A stretch of DNA of 64,000 nucleotides from Coriobacteriales bacterium (GCA_031263025.1 JAISGO010000038.1:3038-67037), one strand, 5' to 3'. Shown: positions 46,500 through 56,025, numbered from the stretch's first letter. Notes: generated from the letters alone by a model not told the origin. Translations and numbers: made by a program.

Positions 46500-46892
46500 C
46501 TAGGCCCACCCTTCCGGAGCGATTACGGTGGCGATTTCCTCGCCGCTCTGGTAGATGTTCCACATGCCGCCCGGCGTTCCCGGCAGGTCTTTCAGGTCGT
46601 CGTTCCTATCGTAGATGAGGTTGATGCCGCCGGGCAGCTTCCCGTTTTCCATTGCGAGCCAGGCGCCGATGTCTTGTAGCCAGGGAGATTCGGTCGCGGT
46701 GAAGGTCTCATGAAGTCCAATGAGGGTAATGCCGAGCGGGTCAAGTCTCGGGAGGCCGTCTATAGACGACCAATTGCCGATAATCGCCTCGGCACCGTCC
46801 ATACTGCCCCCGAGACTCGTGACGCCATAGACGATGATTCCGCTCTCCTGCCCGGTGAGTTCCTGTAATGAGCTGTACTCCGTCATGTTCAT
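46500..46892 (-). CDS. hypothetical 130-aa protein
   Basis: ATG 46892 after GGAGAT; ATGA overlap with upstream ORF. Confidence 0.5.
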   Translation of the reverse strand: MNMTEYSSLQELTGQESGIIVYGVTSLGGSMDGAEAIIGNWSSIDGLPRLDPLGITLIGLHETFTATESPWLQDIGAWLAMENGKLPGGINLIYDRNDDLKDLPGTPGGMWNIYQSGEEIATVIAPEGWA

Positions 46893-47110
46893 ATCTCCTT
46901 TTCTTTGCCAGTATAGTCCTTGTTTCCGTTTTGCGCTACATATGCGGCATACGCCGCCCGCCATTCCTTCTGAGTGCAACGCTCGAGGTTTTTGCGGTAC
47001 TCGCCACGTTCGTAGTACTTCATACCGCGACGGACGAAGGTGTTGAAGCAGTCGTAACTGTCACCTTCATAGATGAAGTGACTATCCTTTGTTCTCTCTA
47101 GCCGTTCCAC
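46889..47110 (-). CDS. hypothetical 73-aa protein (first gene of operon)
   Basis: GTG 47110 preceded by AAAGGAG; promoter directly upstream. Confidence 0.45.
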   Translation of the reverse strand: MERLERTKDSHFIYEGDSYDCFNTFVRRGMKYYERGEYRKNLERCTQKEWRAAYAAYVAQNGNKDYTGKEKEI

Positions 47111-47132
47111 AGTCTGCTCCTTTCTTTAATAT

Positions 47133-47161
47133 AGTATAGTATATACTATGCTATATGTCAA
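47133..47161 (-). promoter_or_regulatory. promoter TTGACA-17-TATACT with left-module operator motif
   Basis: minus strand TTGACA (47161-47156), TATACT (47138-47133); spacer CATAGTATATAC resembles the parA(L) operator. Confidence 0.55.
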
Positions 47162-47191
47162 GTGAGAAATGCGGATTCTTACGATAAAGTG

Positions 47192-47215
47192 GGGGCCGGA
47201 CTTGCGTCCGGCCCC
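47192..47215 (-). terminator. terminator candidate after 47241..48326
   Basis: GGGGCCGGAC-TTGC-GTCCGGCCCC. Confidence 0.6.
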
Positions 47216-47240
47216 GTCTGCTTCGGCACTCCTCGCGAGG

Positions 47241-48326
47241 TCACTTCCTCGACCCCAGCTTCTTCATGCCGATGCTGGCGTAGTAGTTGTAGGCCGGCGT
47301 GAACTTGTAGTAGAGCTTCTTGTACTTCGAGCCTGAGCGGTACTTGCTCGGCACCTTGTAGTACTTATAGACGTAGCCCGCCGTCAAGGTCTTCACCTTC
47401 TTGCTCTTGTAGTATAGGGTGAGCTTTCCTTTGGGGCAGTTGTCCGTGTAGTAGATCACCTCGTGCATGGAGCGGTCGTACTTCGCGTAGAGCGCCGCCG
47501 AGTACTTCGGCGGGTTCGAGGTGAAGCTGTAGGTGAAACCTTCGTTCCAAGTCGAGGGGTTGACCACGACCTTTACGCTATAAGTTTGCGTAAGGTCACT
47601 CGCGTAAGCGTCATAGACAACCCCGTCCTGGTCCGAGAAAGGCTTCGCGTTCACGCTACTCTTCTTGTGCCAGGCACCGCCGTAGTAGAGATAGAGGTCG
47701 ATGGCGGAACCATAGATACCTGAGATGTCGATGGTCTTATCGAAGTCGTAGAAGCTGGAATAACGGGTGTAGGTGGTAGCCTTCGCCGAATAGGTCGGCG
47801 TTCCCCGGTAGAAGGTGACGTTAAACAGGATACTTTCGTATCCTCTAAGACTGGGCACCGCATCATTATCGGCGATCCCGTAGTTCACCTCGTTATCCCA
47901 GAACTCGTTATCGTTCACGTAGGCGAGCTTGATGACCGTCCCCGGCGTCCAAGCGGGATTGAAGTCGAAGGGTACGACTTTTTGCGAGGTGGCGTCGGCG
48001 GTGATGTCGGTATCGCTTCCGCTGAAGTAGTCCCCGTTCTGATAGCTCGGCGCTTCGTTCGGCAGATACCAGGCCCCGCCGTCGTAGACGACCAGGTCGT
48101 ACTCCTTTCCCACCGTAAAGCCGGATATGTTGAGGGCCGTGCCTGCCGCCTTTGCGCTAGGCACCTGAAGCTCTTGTGCTGTAAGTGACCCGGAAGCGGC
48201 ATAAGCCTCCTTGTTCCCTCTCGTCAGGCCGGCCAGATTGAGGAGACCCGCCGCCAGCGCTACCGCGAGTAGGCAGGCGACGACCCATCTCCCTGTTTTC
48301 CTTGTAAAACCCTTGCTTTCCATCAT
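47241..48326 (-). CDS. secreted protein of unknown function (Tyr/Lys-rich C-terminus)
   Basis: ATGATG 48326 after AAGGAG; signal/TM segment WVVACLLAVALAAGLL. Confidence 0.6.
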   Translation of the reverse strand: MMESKGFTRKTGRWVVACLLAVALAAGLLNLAGLTRGNKEAYAASGSLTAQELQVPSAKAAGTALNISGFTVGKEYDLVVYDGGAWYLPNEAPSYQNGDYFSGSDTDITADATSQKVVPFDFNPAWTPGTVIKLAYVNDNEFWDNEVNYGIADNDAVPSLRGYESILFNVTFYRGTPTYSAKATTYTRYSSFYDFDKTIDISGIYGSAIDLYLYYGGAWHKKSSVNAKPFSDQDGVVYDAYASDLTQTYSVKVVVNPSTWNEGFTYSFTSNPPKYSAALYAKYDRSMHEVIYYTDNCPKGKLTLYYKSKKVKTLTAGYVYKYYKVPSKYRSGSKYKKLYYKFTPAYNYYASIGMKKLGSRK

Positions 48327-48391
48327 GTACTCCTTAGTCGTTAAACCGTTTGCGTAAAACCTTCGTGTCGTCCATAGGCTCCTTTCTTTCT

Positions 48392-51358
48392 TCACCGTCT
48401 CCCCGTATTGCCCTTTGCCGGCATCTTGCGCTTTTTGCGTGATACGCGGATAAGCGCGGCCCCCGCGCAGAGCGCTGCTAAGACGGCGGCGATGAGCAGG
48501 GTGGCGAGCCGCTCTCCGGTCTGCGGCAGGTTGCCGTAAGTGCCTTCCGCCGAGCCGTCCTCGCCGAAGCTCACCTGGCGGTTCGACTGGGTGAGGTTCA
48601 GGTTGAAGGTGTCCATGAAGGCGGTCGGCGAAGTCGCGGTCGCCTGTTTGGTGAGCGCGGGATCGCCGTTCTTGGAGACCTCGGCGTGTACGGTCTGTAT
48701 CGGCGTATTGACGTTACCGGCGGCGTCGTGTGTCCAGAAACCTTTCGTGCCATACATCTCGACGTAGTTGGTGTAATTCTCGGTGTAAAGGCCACCGTCG
48801 ACCTGTACGCCGTTGGTGTGGTCGCCGTCCACGTAGGGAGCCTTCTCGTAAGGAGAGTGGTTCTGCGGCTGTTCGCTGTAGCTCTTATAGGTGCCATAGT
48901 CGTGCGACGGGTTCACGCCGTAAGGGGTGACCCCACTAGAGGTGTCCTTGAACTCACCCGGGATCATGCCGGCCGGGTTCGCGATTGTCCCCGGGTTCGT
49001 ACCTGTGAGTGTCTGATAGTGGCCGATGTAGAAACCCTCCGCGACTGCGCCGAACACGTACTTGATGGAGGTGATGTACTCCCCGGGTTGTAGGTTGAGG
49101 TCGCTCGCGTAAAGCTCGTGCGGCACCAGGGTGGAAAGCCCGTCCTCCCATACCCGGTAGCCCGCTGGGTAGGAGATCTGGCTGGTCTTCGCCGCGGGTG
49201 TGGCGATGTCGGGGTTCGCCGGATTGTCGGCGAGCGGATCGACCTTGTAGTCCGGTTTCACGTCGGGGTTTCCGGCGGTGAGATTCGTCGCATAAAGCAC
49301 CGCGAAGGTATTGTCGAAGTCAAGGCCGGGTTCCACGGTGTAGGTACGCAGCATTTTCACGCGCAGACCCCATTCGGCGCCGAAGAGGTCGTTCGTGAGC
49401 GTGAACTCGTCGACCGCCGCGTTCGTCTCGTTCCTGCCGGCGAAGAAGGTCTGGAGGTACTGGCTTCCGACCTGATTCGGCTCCCCGTAGGCGCGACCGT
49501 CGAAGGCGACGTTCGAGTTGTCTACCGTGTCCGAAAAACAGGCCACGGCATCTGATACCGCCTTATCCTGGTAAGCCGCGATCACGGTATCGGCGGTCGG
49601 TGCGGTGACCGCGTTCGCGGTCTGGGAGTCGACGATGTAGTAAGTGGCGTCCTTTCTGCCGCACTCATGCGGCAGCAGGTACGCCGGGTTCGACTTCACC
49701 TCCACGACTTTATAGATGCCAAAGGGCAGGTCGGTGAAGGTGCAGGTGCCGTCCGCACCGGTGGTGAGGTCGTCAGTCAGGGGAGTAAGCCCTGCGCTGC
49801 CGTCGTTTGCGACCACGTTTCCGGCCGCGTTATAGGCAAGCGCGGCGGAAACCCGCTCCCAGCTCGCGTTCTCCTTCATCGCGGACGAGATCCTCGTAGT
49901 CACCCGGCCCTCTGCGACTTGCGCATGGACGTCGGTGTAGAGCTGGAACTCGGTATCGGGCACCGCCGCCTTGGTGTCGGCGTCGGTCTTTTGCACCTTG
50001 ATGGACTTCAGGGTGTAATCCTGGTAAGGCGCCGCCACGGTGTCCTTCACGGTCGAACTTGAGTTCGCGGTCTTGTCGACCACGTAATAATGCGCCGACG
50101 GGAAGCCGGCTTGCTCCTGGGACTGGTAGGAGGTGTTCGGCGTCACCTCCAAGGCCATGTAATAGCCGAAGGGCAAGTCCTCAAAAGTGCAAGTTCCGTC
50201 CGGGCCGGTTTCGAGGTCGTCGGTAAGCGGCTTCAAGTTACCTTTGCTACCGATGAGCGCGACGTTTCCGTTCTTGTCGTAGCCGTAATATGCGGAAACC
50301 CTTACCCAGTTGCCGCCGGTAGAGCTATCGACTTCCCCATCTTTAACGGTAACGCCGCTCTTGACGTAGAGCTGGAAACGGGTATCGGGCACCGCAACTC
50401 CCGTGTCGGCGTCGGACTTCTCGACCCGCACCTGCTTTAGGGTGTAGTCGGCGAAGGGAACCTCCACGGTGTCCTTGTAGGCAGAAGCCGAGTTCGCGGT
50501 CTTATCGACCACGAAGAAGTGTCCGCCGGGGTTTCCGGCTTGCGCCTGCGACTGGTAGCCTTTGGTAGGCGTCACCTCGATGGCCTCGTAAAGCCCGAAG
50601 GGCAGATCCTTGAAGGTGGCCGAGCCGTCCGGCAGCGTGGTGGTGTCGTCGGATAAGGGGGTAAGACCCGCCGAGCCGTCGTTTGTAACGACGTTTCCGG
50701 CCGTGTCATAGGCGTATGCCTTCGAGACCTTGACCCAACCCGCGCTATCCGCCTGGGCGGTGGCCAGCTCGGTGGTAACGGAGCCGTCTGCTACCTTAGC
50801 CGCGGGGTAGACCATGAGCTTAAACTCGGTGCCGGCGATCGCTACCTTGGTGTCGGCGTCTGACTTCTCGACCCGCACCTGCTTTAGGGTGTAGTCGGCG
50901 TATTGTTTGGTGATTATGTTCGTGGTCTTATCCACGGTAAAGTACTGCGCTGCCTCCTGGCCTTCCTGGGCACGGGACTGATAGGCTACGTTCGGGGTCG
51001 TCTCCACGATCTTGTAAGCGCCGACGGCGACCGGCGAGAAGAGGCATTTACCGGTAGACAAGGTGGCGTGGGTAGTGGTAAGCTTCCAGTCGCCTGCCAC
51101 AGTCGCTTCCAGGTCGGTTTCTGTCGGGTTCTCGATCTGACCGGTGTATTTGTAAAGCGTGTAGGTAGTGTTCGCGACCATGACGCTAGTGTCGATGTCG
51201 GACTTCTGCACCACTAGCTCGTGCGGCGGTTCGTCATAGGTGATGGTGACGTTATCGACATCATGGTTTCCTGGCGTTACCTGCATCACCGTCGGGGTGT
51301 TATCTTTCGGGAGCTGATAGCCGACGGGTGGGTTCGTTTCCTGGATTACCAAGGTACC
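48392..51358 (-). CDS. LPXTG-anchored adhesin with >=4 tandem SpaA/Cna-B-like domains, 5'-truncated (no signal peptide)
   Basis: LPQTG (48529-48515) + hydrophobic helix + RKKRK tail; ~130-aa repeats ending DLPFG.Y..(I/V)EV.P..(G/S)YQSQ; homology stops at 51358. Confidence 0.7.
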   Translation of the reverse strand, partial: GTLVIQETNPPVGYQLPKDNTPTVMQVTPGNHDVDNVTITYDEPPHELVVQKSDIDTSVMVANTTYTLYKYTGQIENPTETDLEATVAGDWKLTTTHATLSTGKCLFSPVAVGAYKIVETTPNVAYQSRAQEGQEAAQYFTVDKTTNIITKQYADYTLKQVRVEKSDADTKVAIAGTEFKLMVYPAAKVADGSVTTELATAQADSAGWVKVSKAYAYDTAGNVVTNDGSAGLTPLSDDTTTLPDGSATFKDLPFGLYEAIEVTPTKGYQSQAQAGNPGGHFFVVDKTANSASAYKDTVEVPFADYTLKQVRVEKSDADTGVAVPDTRFQLYVKSGVTVKDGEVDSSTGGNWVRVSAYYGYDKNGNVALIGSKGNLKPLTDDLETGPDGTCTFEDLPFGYYMALEVTPNTSYQSQEQAGFPSAHYYVVDKTANSSSTVKDTVAAPYQDYTLKSIKVQKTDADTKAAVPDTEFQLYTDVHAQVAEGRVTTRISSAMKENASWERVSAALAYNAAGNVVANDGSAGLTPLTDDLTTGADGTCTFTDLPFGIYKVVEVKSNPAYLLPHECGRKDATYYIVDSQTANAVTAPTADTVIAAYQDKAVSDAVACFSDTVDNSNVAFDGRAYGEPNQVGSQYLQTFFAGRNETNAAVDEFTLTNDLFGAEWGLRVKMLRTYTVEPGLDFDNTFAVLYATNLTAGNPDVKPDYKVDPLADNPANPDIATPAAKTSQISYPAGYRVWEDGLSTLVPHELYASDLNLQPGEYITSIKYVFGAVAEGFYIGHYQTLTGTNPGTIANPAGMIPGEFKDTSSGVTPYGVNPSHDYGTYKSYSEQPQNHSPYEKAPYVDGDHTNGVQVDGGLYTENYTNYVEMYGTKGFWTHDAAGNVNTPIQTVHAEVSKNGDPALTKQATATSPTAFMDTFNLNLTQSNRQVSFGEDGSAEGTYGNLPQTGERLATLLIAAVLAALCAGAALIRVSRKKRKMPAKGNTGRR

Positions 51359-52533
51359 CCTACGAGACTGTCGTGGCTTTCGACGGGAGGCAGTGGGGCG
51401 ATGAAGACTTACGCGGCAAAGAGGAGCTGCCACTTTGGTTTGCTGGGCGAAATGAATCAAACTCAGGAGTAGACGAGTTCAGCCTGACAGAAGACTTGAA
51501 TACGCTGGCTGATACTTGGGGTATGCGGCTAGAACGTTTCAAGACTTATCCAGTTGAACCAGGTCTTGACCTGGATGGCAAGTTCGCAGTTATCTATGAG
51601 ACGAACCTCACCCGTGGCAATGTCGATATAAGACCACAATATACGACTGCACCTCTAGCCGGTAATCCCGAGAACCCCACGAACCCAGATAAGCAGAGTC
51701 TGATTTCGTACCCTGTCGGCTACAGGGTATGGCAGGACGGTTTAGATACTAGCAAAGTATATGATCTCAAGGCGAGCGCGCTGGCTTTGCAAGCAGGTGA
51801 GTACATCACCGGCGTGAAAGTTGTATATGGTGCAGTCGCCGAGGGTTTCTATGTGGGGCACTACCAGCCGCTTACTGGTCAAAATCCTGGAACCCTGGAT
51901 AATCCTGGGGGTATGGCGCCAGGACAGTTTAAAGATACTAGCGACGGCACTAAGAGCAGTGGGCTAAACCCAAGCCATAATTGGAGGGACTATGACGAAC
52001 TGCCGAATGAGGTCTTCGGTGATAAGGTATTCCCTTTCCAGGCTTATACCCACAAAGTCGATCCGATATATAACGGGCAAGTATACAATCCTGACATCTA
52101 CACGACCCGGGAAAGCCTGACCATGCGCGGCACCACAGACGGAGGTCTGCACAACGAACAATATAATCCAACGCTTTTCTTGACTTGCGTCAAGTCCTGG
52201 AACAATATCGACGACGCGGGTAATCACCAGGTGGCAACGCAGACGGTTCATGCGGAAGTGTCGAAGAACGCCTCTGAGAGTTTGACCAAACACGCAGACG
52301 CCACTTCCGATACTACGTTTTTCTCAGGCTTTAGGATTTGGACGAAGAATTATGAGGATGACGTAGCTGACACCTCCATTTATGGGAGCGAGGACGGCGC
52401 CGTACAAACAGCGGCAAACGCGAAAAGTCCTCTTTATAGCCTAATCACGATGGCGGTGATAATGATGGCGCTTGCAGCCGCGACCGGCGCGGTCGCATAC
52501 ACCAAGAAGCGAAAAGGTGGCAGTAAGAAGTAG
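51328..52533 (+). CDS. C-terminal fragment of a paralogous adhesin (no signal peptide, non-LPXTG tail); likely gene remnant
   Basis: ~55% identical to the last ~400 aa of 48392..51358 (VAFDGR..FAGRNE(S/T)N..VDEF(S/T)LT..); ends in TM helix + KKRKGGSKK. Confidence 0.55.
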   Translation: MGSFPGLPRYPYETVVAFDGRQWGDEDLRGKEELPLWFAGRNESNSGVDEFSLTEDLNTLADTWGMRLERFKTYPVEPGLDLDGKFAVIYETNLTRGNVDIRPQYTTAPLAGNPENPTNPDKQSLISYPVGYRVWQDGLDTSKVYDLKASALALQAGEYITGVKVVYGAVAEGFYVGHYQPLTGQNPGTLDNPGGMAPGQFKDTSDGTKSSGLNPSHNWRDYDELPNEVFGDKVFPFQAYTHKVDPIYNGQVYNPDIYTTRESLTMRGTTDGGLHNEQYNPTLFLTCVKSWNNIDDAGNHQVATQTVHAEVSKNASESLTKHADATSDTTFFSGFRIWTKNYEDDVADTSIYGSEDGAVQTAANAKSPLYSLITMAVIMMALAAATGAVAYTKKRKGGSKK

Positions 52534-52534
52534 C

Positions 52535-53305
52535 GTGGTTAGAGAGAGCGCCAAAAATAGAAGTACCGCAATAAAGATGGCGTTAATAGCTGCGAGCGTA
52601 TTGTTTGCGCTCGCAGCTATTCTGCTTCTATATAAGGTATGGGCGTACTGGAAGCAAACACCAGAAGGTGTGTATGCGCCTTATCAAGAGGACACTGTTG
52701 GAAACACTGAGGACACAGATAAGATGCCAAACCCAGACTGGGTGAAGTTGAAGCAGGCGAACTCTGCATGTATCGGCTGGATCTGCATACCCGGAACGAA
52801 AATCAACTATCCCATTGTCAAAGGTGGAAATGCAAACAAAGGAGAGCGGGAGTGGTGGCTACATCATGATTTCGAGGGACATCAATCAAGTTATGGGGCA
52901 ATCGCCACTGACCTTGACGGAGGCCTCGATGAAGCGAACAATTTCATATACGGTCATAACATGGCCGATGGCTCGATGTTCCACGACCTCAATAAGTACT
53001 TGGAGGGCTCTTATCTGAAAGACCACGCATACGCATATATTGTTACACCTGACAGGAGCATGAGGCTTGTAATAACCAGCGTGAGTTTAGTGCCGGGGAA
53101 TAAATCGCGGTTCTGGCTGCGTAACGACTTCGGCGATAAAGCAGAGCTAAGGCGTTATCTCGAGGAGTTCTACAAAAACTCTGAGGTGAAGTCTGCGGAT
53201 GGGAAAAACGTGATCAGGGGCAAAGGACAGAACTTCTGCTTGTACACATGTTACGGGGCAGATGATAGATACCGCGTCCTCGTGATGGCACAGCAAGAGC
53301 ACTAG
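52535..53305 (+). CDS. srtB: class-B-like sortase
   Basis: IPGTKINYPIV, IYGHNMADGSMFHDL, Cys in LYTCY, N-terminal TM anchor; start GTG 52535 or ATG 52577. Confidence 0.75.
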   Translation: MVRESAKNRSTAIKMALIAASVLFALAAILLLYKVWAYWKQTPEGVYAPYQEDTVGNTEDTDKMPNPDWVKLKQANSACIGWICIPGTKINYPIVKGGNANKGEREWWLHHDFEGHQSSYGAIATDLDGGLDEANNFIYGHNMADGSMFHDLNKYLEGSYLKDHAYAYIVTPDRSMRLVITSVSLVPGNKSRFWLRNDFGDKAELRRYLEEFYKNSEVKSADGKNVIRGKGQNFCLYTCYGADDRYRVLVMAQQEH

Positions 53306-53312
53306 AAAAGAA

Positions 53313-53334
53313 CTAGCCGCCCGAAGGCGGCTAG
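53313..53334 (+). terminator. terminator candidate after the sortase gene
   Basis: CTAGCCGCC-CGAA-GGCGGCTAG. Confidence 0.55.
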
Positions 53335-53540
53335 AAGATGAGCGCCAGAAATCAATAGTGAGTTGAGTTTGGCAGGCTCAAAATTAAAAGGTGATATAAA
53401 TATAGCACTAATTCAGAAAAAGTCAAACGAGAAGGATTAAGTCCTAGAGCCGCCGGGGACTACCAAGTAGAATAGATAAACGAGTTAGCGTTTCGCCGGG
53501 TGCGCCTAATCTTCCCGTGGGGAGAGGAGGTGATGCCCTC

Positions 53541-53648
53541 ATGGATGTCTTACAGCTGATAACCGCAGCGATCCGGCTTTTGCTGGTCGTGGCGAAGCTG
53601 CCGAAAGCGTTCAGACGTTTGCGCCAGGAAAGGAAGAAGCGCCCGTAA
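53541..53648 (+). CDS. 35-aa hydrophobic/basic peptide, copy 2
   Basis: identical peptide to 42958..43065; same SD; lies in the 263-bp repeat 53466-53728. Confidence 0.5.
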   Translation: MDVLQLITAAIRLLLVVAKLPKAFRRLRQERKKRP

Positions 53649-53727
53649 AGGACGCTTCCTAATCTTAATCGGCGCACCCGACACCAGTTACAACCACGGG
53701 GCGCTAACTCATTTGATTATACCACGG

Positions 53728-54993
53728 CTATTTGGTTTTGGCCGTTTTAGTGGCACTAGTGGAGCTTACGCCAGCGCGGACGACAGAGACCTTGACTGTG
53801 TACTTCTTCTTGTCCCTAAGCTTCAAAGTTACCTTGTGTGCAGAGCTTGATTTGAGCGATTTGGTCTTCCAAGTTGTCCCTTTGGTCTTATAGGAGACCT
53901 TATAGGAGGAGGCGTTGGCTTTACTTGACGAGAAGTTCTTCCAGGAGACAATCAGCTTGTTGTTACCTGATTTGACTTTGAGAGCGGAGACCTTATGCGG
54001 GTAAATGGTGTATGTACCAAGCTCCAGCATCATAGCCGCGTTATAAGCGTCGGATCCCGTACAAGAGACCGAGACGGTGTACTTTCCGGCCTTGGTCGGA
54101 CGTTTCGTTGACTGGTTGTAGTAGACCTTTATCTTGCCAGCTGCGACCGATGATTTGACGTCAGAGGATTGAGTTTTCTTGTTGTACGTGTCAGAGGTCT
54201 CGAAGGTGAAATCTGAAGCGCTGAGGTCGGCTTTAGTGATACCGGCAGGTTCTTCGGGAACGACTGGGACGATTGGGGCAACTGGAGTGTTCGGAGAAGG
54301 CTCAGGCTCTGGTTGTGGATTAGGATTAGGGACGGGATTAGCCGGTGTAGGCTTAGGATTAGGGGTCGGCTGAGGGTTAGCGACCCATTCACTTGTAATG
54401 TAACCGCCTTTGTCGCCGCAAGTATTAAGGCAGTTCCAACCAAGTGGATCGGGGAACATGAAAAGCTCATCGGGGTTAGCTTCAGCTTGCAGGGCTAGGT
54501 CTTCGGGTATCACAACTTCGCCGGCAGTTTGGTAAACCTGGACAATTTCGGGGATGATGTCGCCGTTCTGATCCGGAAGACCAGAGATTCTAGCGTCTAC
54601 ATTTGAGTGTTCATTAAGCTCCGATAGCAAACCCATCGAGGGGTCATTTATGTCTTCTTCAGTTGACCAACAAAGAACATCAGTAGACGTGTCTTTAAGG
54701 ATTTCGTCCATGTGTTTGTTGATGTATTTTACGGTAACTACCGACATACGCTTCCAGGGATAAGGTGGGTCGAATTGATAAGGGTCATTTGCAGCCGAAA
54801 AGTATGTTCCCCGCAGAGGAGTCGATGTTGACGCTTCCGAGTAGTGCAGGGTATAGACATAATGACCAGATTCGCTTTCGTTTGCAAAAGCAGAATGGGC
54901 GGTTTTACCAAGAAGAGCGAGAGAAAGGACAAGGGAAAGGGCGATGCAAAAGGCGGCTTTAATCGCCGTTGTACGAGCGGTGTTCTTGTTCAT
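53728..54993 (-). CDS. secreted surface protein (paralog of 44815..46497)
   Basis: signal peptide ..LLGKTAHSAFA; shared ESGH(W/Y)VYTLH, DPSMG, QNG(E/D)IIPEI; RBS AAGGAGG. Confidence 0.7.
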   Translation of the reverse strand: MNKNTARTTAIKAAFCIALSLVLSLALLGKTAHSAFANESESGHYVYTLHYSEASTSTPLRGTYFSAANDPYQFDPPYPWKRMSVVTVKYINKHMDEILKDTSTDVLCWSTEEDINDPSMGLLSELNEHSNVDARISGLPDQNGDIIPEIVQVYQTAGEVVIPEDLALQAEANPDELFMFPDPLGWNCLNTCGDKGGYITSEWVANPQPTPNPKPTPANPVPNPNPQPEPEPSPNTPVAPIVPVVPEEPAGITKADLSASDFTFETSDTYNKKTQSSDVKSSVAAGKIKVYYNQSTKRPTKAGKYTVSVSCTGSDAYNAAMMLELGTYTIYPHKVSALKVKSGNNKLIVSWKNFSSSKANASSYKVSYKTKGTTWKTKSLKSSSAHKVTLKLRDKKKYTVKVSVVRAGVSSTSATKTAKTK

Positions 54994-55038
54994 AGTAGCC
55001 TCCTTAAAGCTTTATAGATTTTATATAAGAAAGTACGG

Positions 55039-55078
55039 TATATACAAGCTATAAATATTTATTTATAGCTTGTATATA
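55039..55078. promoter_or_regulatory. perfect 19-bp inverted repeat (right-module operator type) upstream of 53728..54993
   Basis: TATATACAAGCTATAAATA-TT-TATTTATAGCTTGTATATA. Confidence 0.6.
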
Positions 55079-55249
55079 ATTATAGCATTTATATCACTTC
55101 GCGTCAACTACACTACGCTTCCAAGATTACTCGCGTCCGGGCGCTCTTCGCTGGGGGCCGTCCCCGGCACCCACGCAACATTCAGTTGGTGGCAGGCTTT
55201 CAGTTGTCAAGGTGCAAATACCCAAGTCCTGGAAAGGACGGCGGGAGAT

Positions 55250-55660
55250 TTAATCTCCCGCCGAGTAGGCATCTCGGTGATGACGAAGAAAGGCCTTACT
55301 TTTACCTAAGAGGCCAACGGCGATGATGTCGAAACGGATACGGCAGGATTCGTAGTTATGAGTGGAGAGGTAGTCGATGACGAGCTTCTCAGCGGCTTTG
55401 CGTCCTGCCCTGATCTCCTCGTTAGTCTCCTCCGGTAGCTCTCCGGTAGTGGAGGCTCTCACATCCGCGAAAACGAGTTCGTTGTCTTCTTTGTAGATGA
55501 GGTCGGCTTGACCCGATCCTGAACGCCAGTCTTTCTCTAAGACTTCGATTCCCTGCCTTTTAAGGTAAATGGTAGCTACCTCTTCTGCCTTGTTCAATTG
55601 CTCTTCAAACTCTTCTTTCCTTGCCACCCTGCTGTCAATCTGGTTTGCTACTGCCTGCAT
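55250..55660 (-). CDS. YraN/UPF0102-like protein (right)
   Basis: GQADLIYKEDNELVFADVR retains D..(D)xR positions; paralog of 42398..42817. Confidence 0.6.
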   Translation of the reverse strand: MQAVANQIDSRVARKEEFEEQLNKAEEVATIYLKRQGIEVLEKDWRSGSGQADLIYKEDNELVFADVRASTTGELPEETNEEIRAGRKAAEKLVIDYLSTHNYESCRIRFDIIAVGLLGKSKAFLRHHRDAYSAGD

Positions 55661-55715
55661 TTCAGGCTCCTTTCCTTTGGGGTCTTCCTGGCCCCGTTGT
55701 CAATGCCGATGTGAA

Positions 55716-55835
55716 GCCACGGCGCAAGTGGTTGCGTCAAGGGGACAAGGCCTCGCTTTAAGGAGCTGAGGCGATGGCCAGCCATCGTCCAGCGGTAATC
55801 GAGGTCGGCCCTTGCGCGGCCGCTCGCGCCGTGGC
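55716..55835 (-). other. 120-nt long-stem hairpin (right-module counterpart of 42208-42339), followed toward 56025 by a polypyrimidine (minus-strand) tract
   Basis: GCCACGGCGC (55716-55725) / GCGCCGTGGC (55826-55835); minus-strand loop ATTACCGCTGGACG..CCTCAGCTCCTTAAAG. Confidence 0.65.
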
Positions 55836-56025
55836 AAAACGTGAGGCTTGACAGCGGAGGCAGGAAAAGAGGGAAAGGTCTAAAAGATTGCAGGCGAACA
55901 AGATTATCGGTTCATGCAGCGGGTGTAAGAGGTTTGAAGCTGGGCGGGGAAAAGGGAGAGAGAGAGATTTGAAACCTCCCTCCCAACAGGGCAAAGTGAA
56001 GACAATGGTAATGCGTTCAGGTGGC

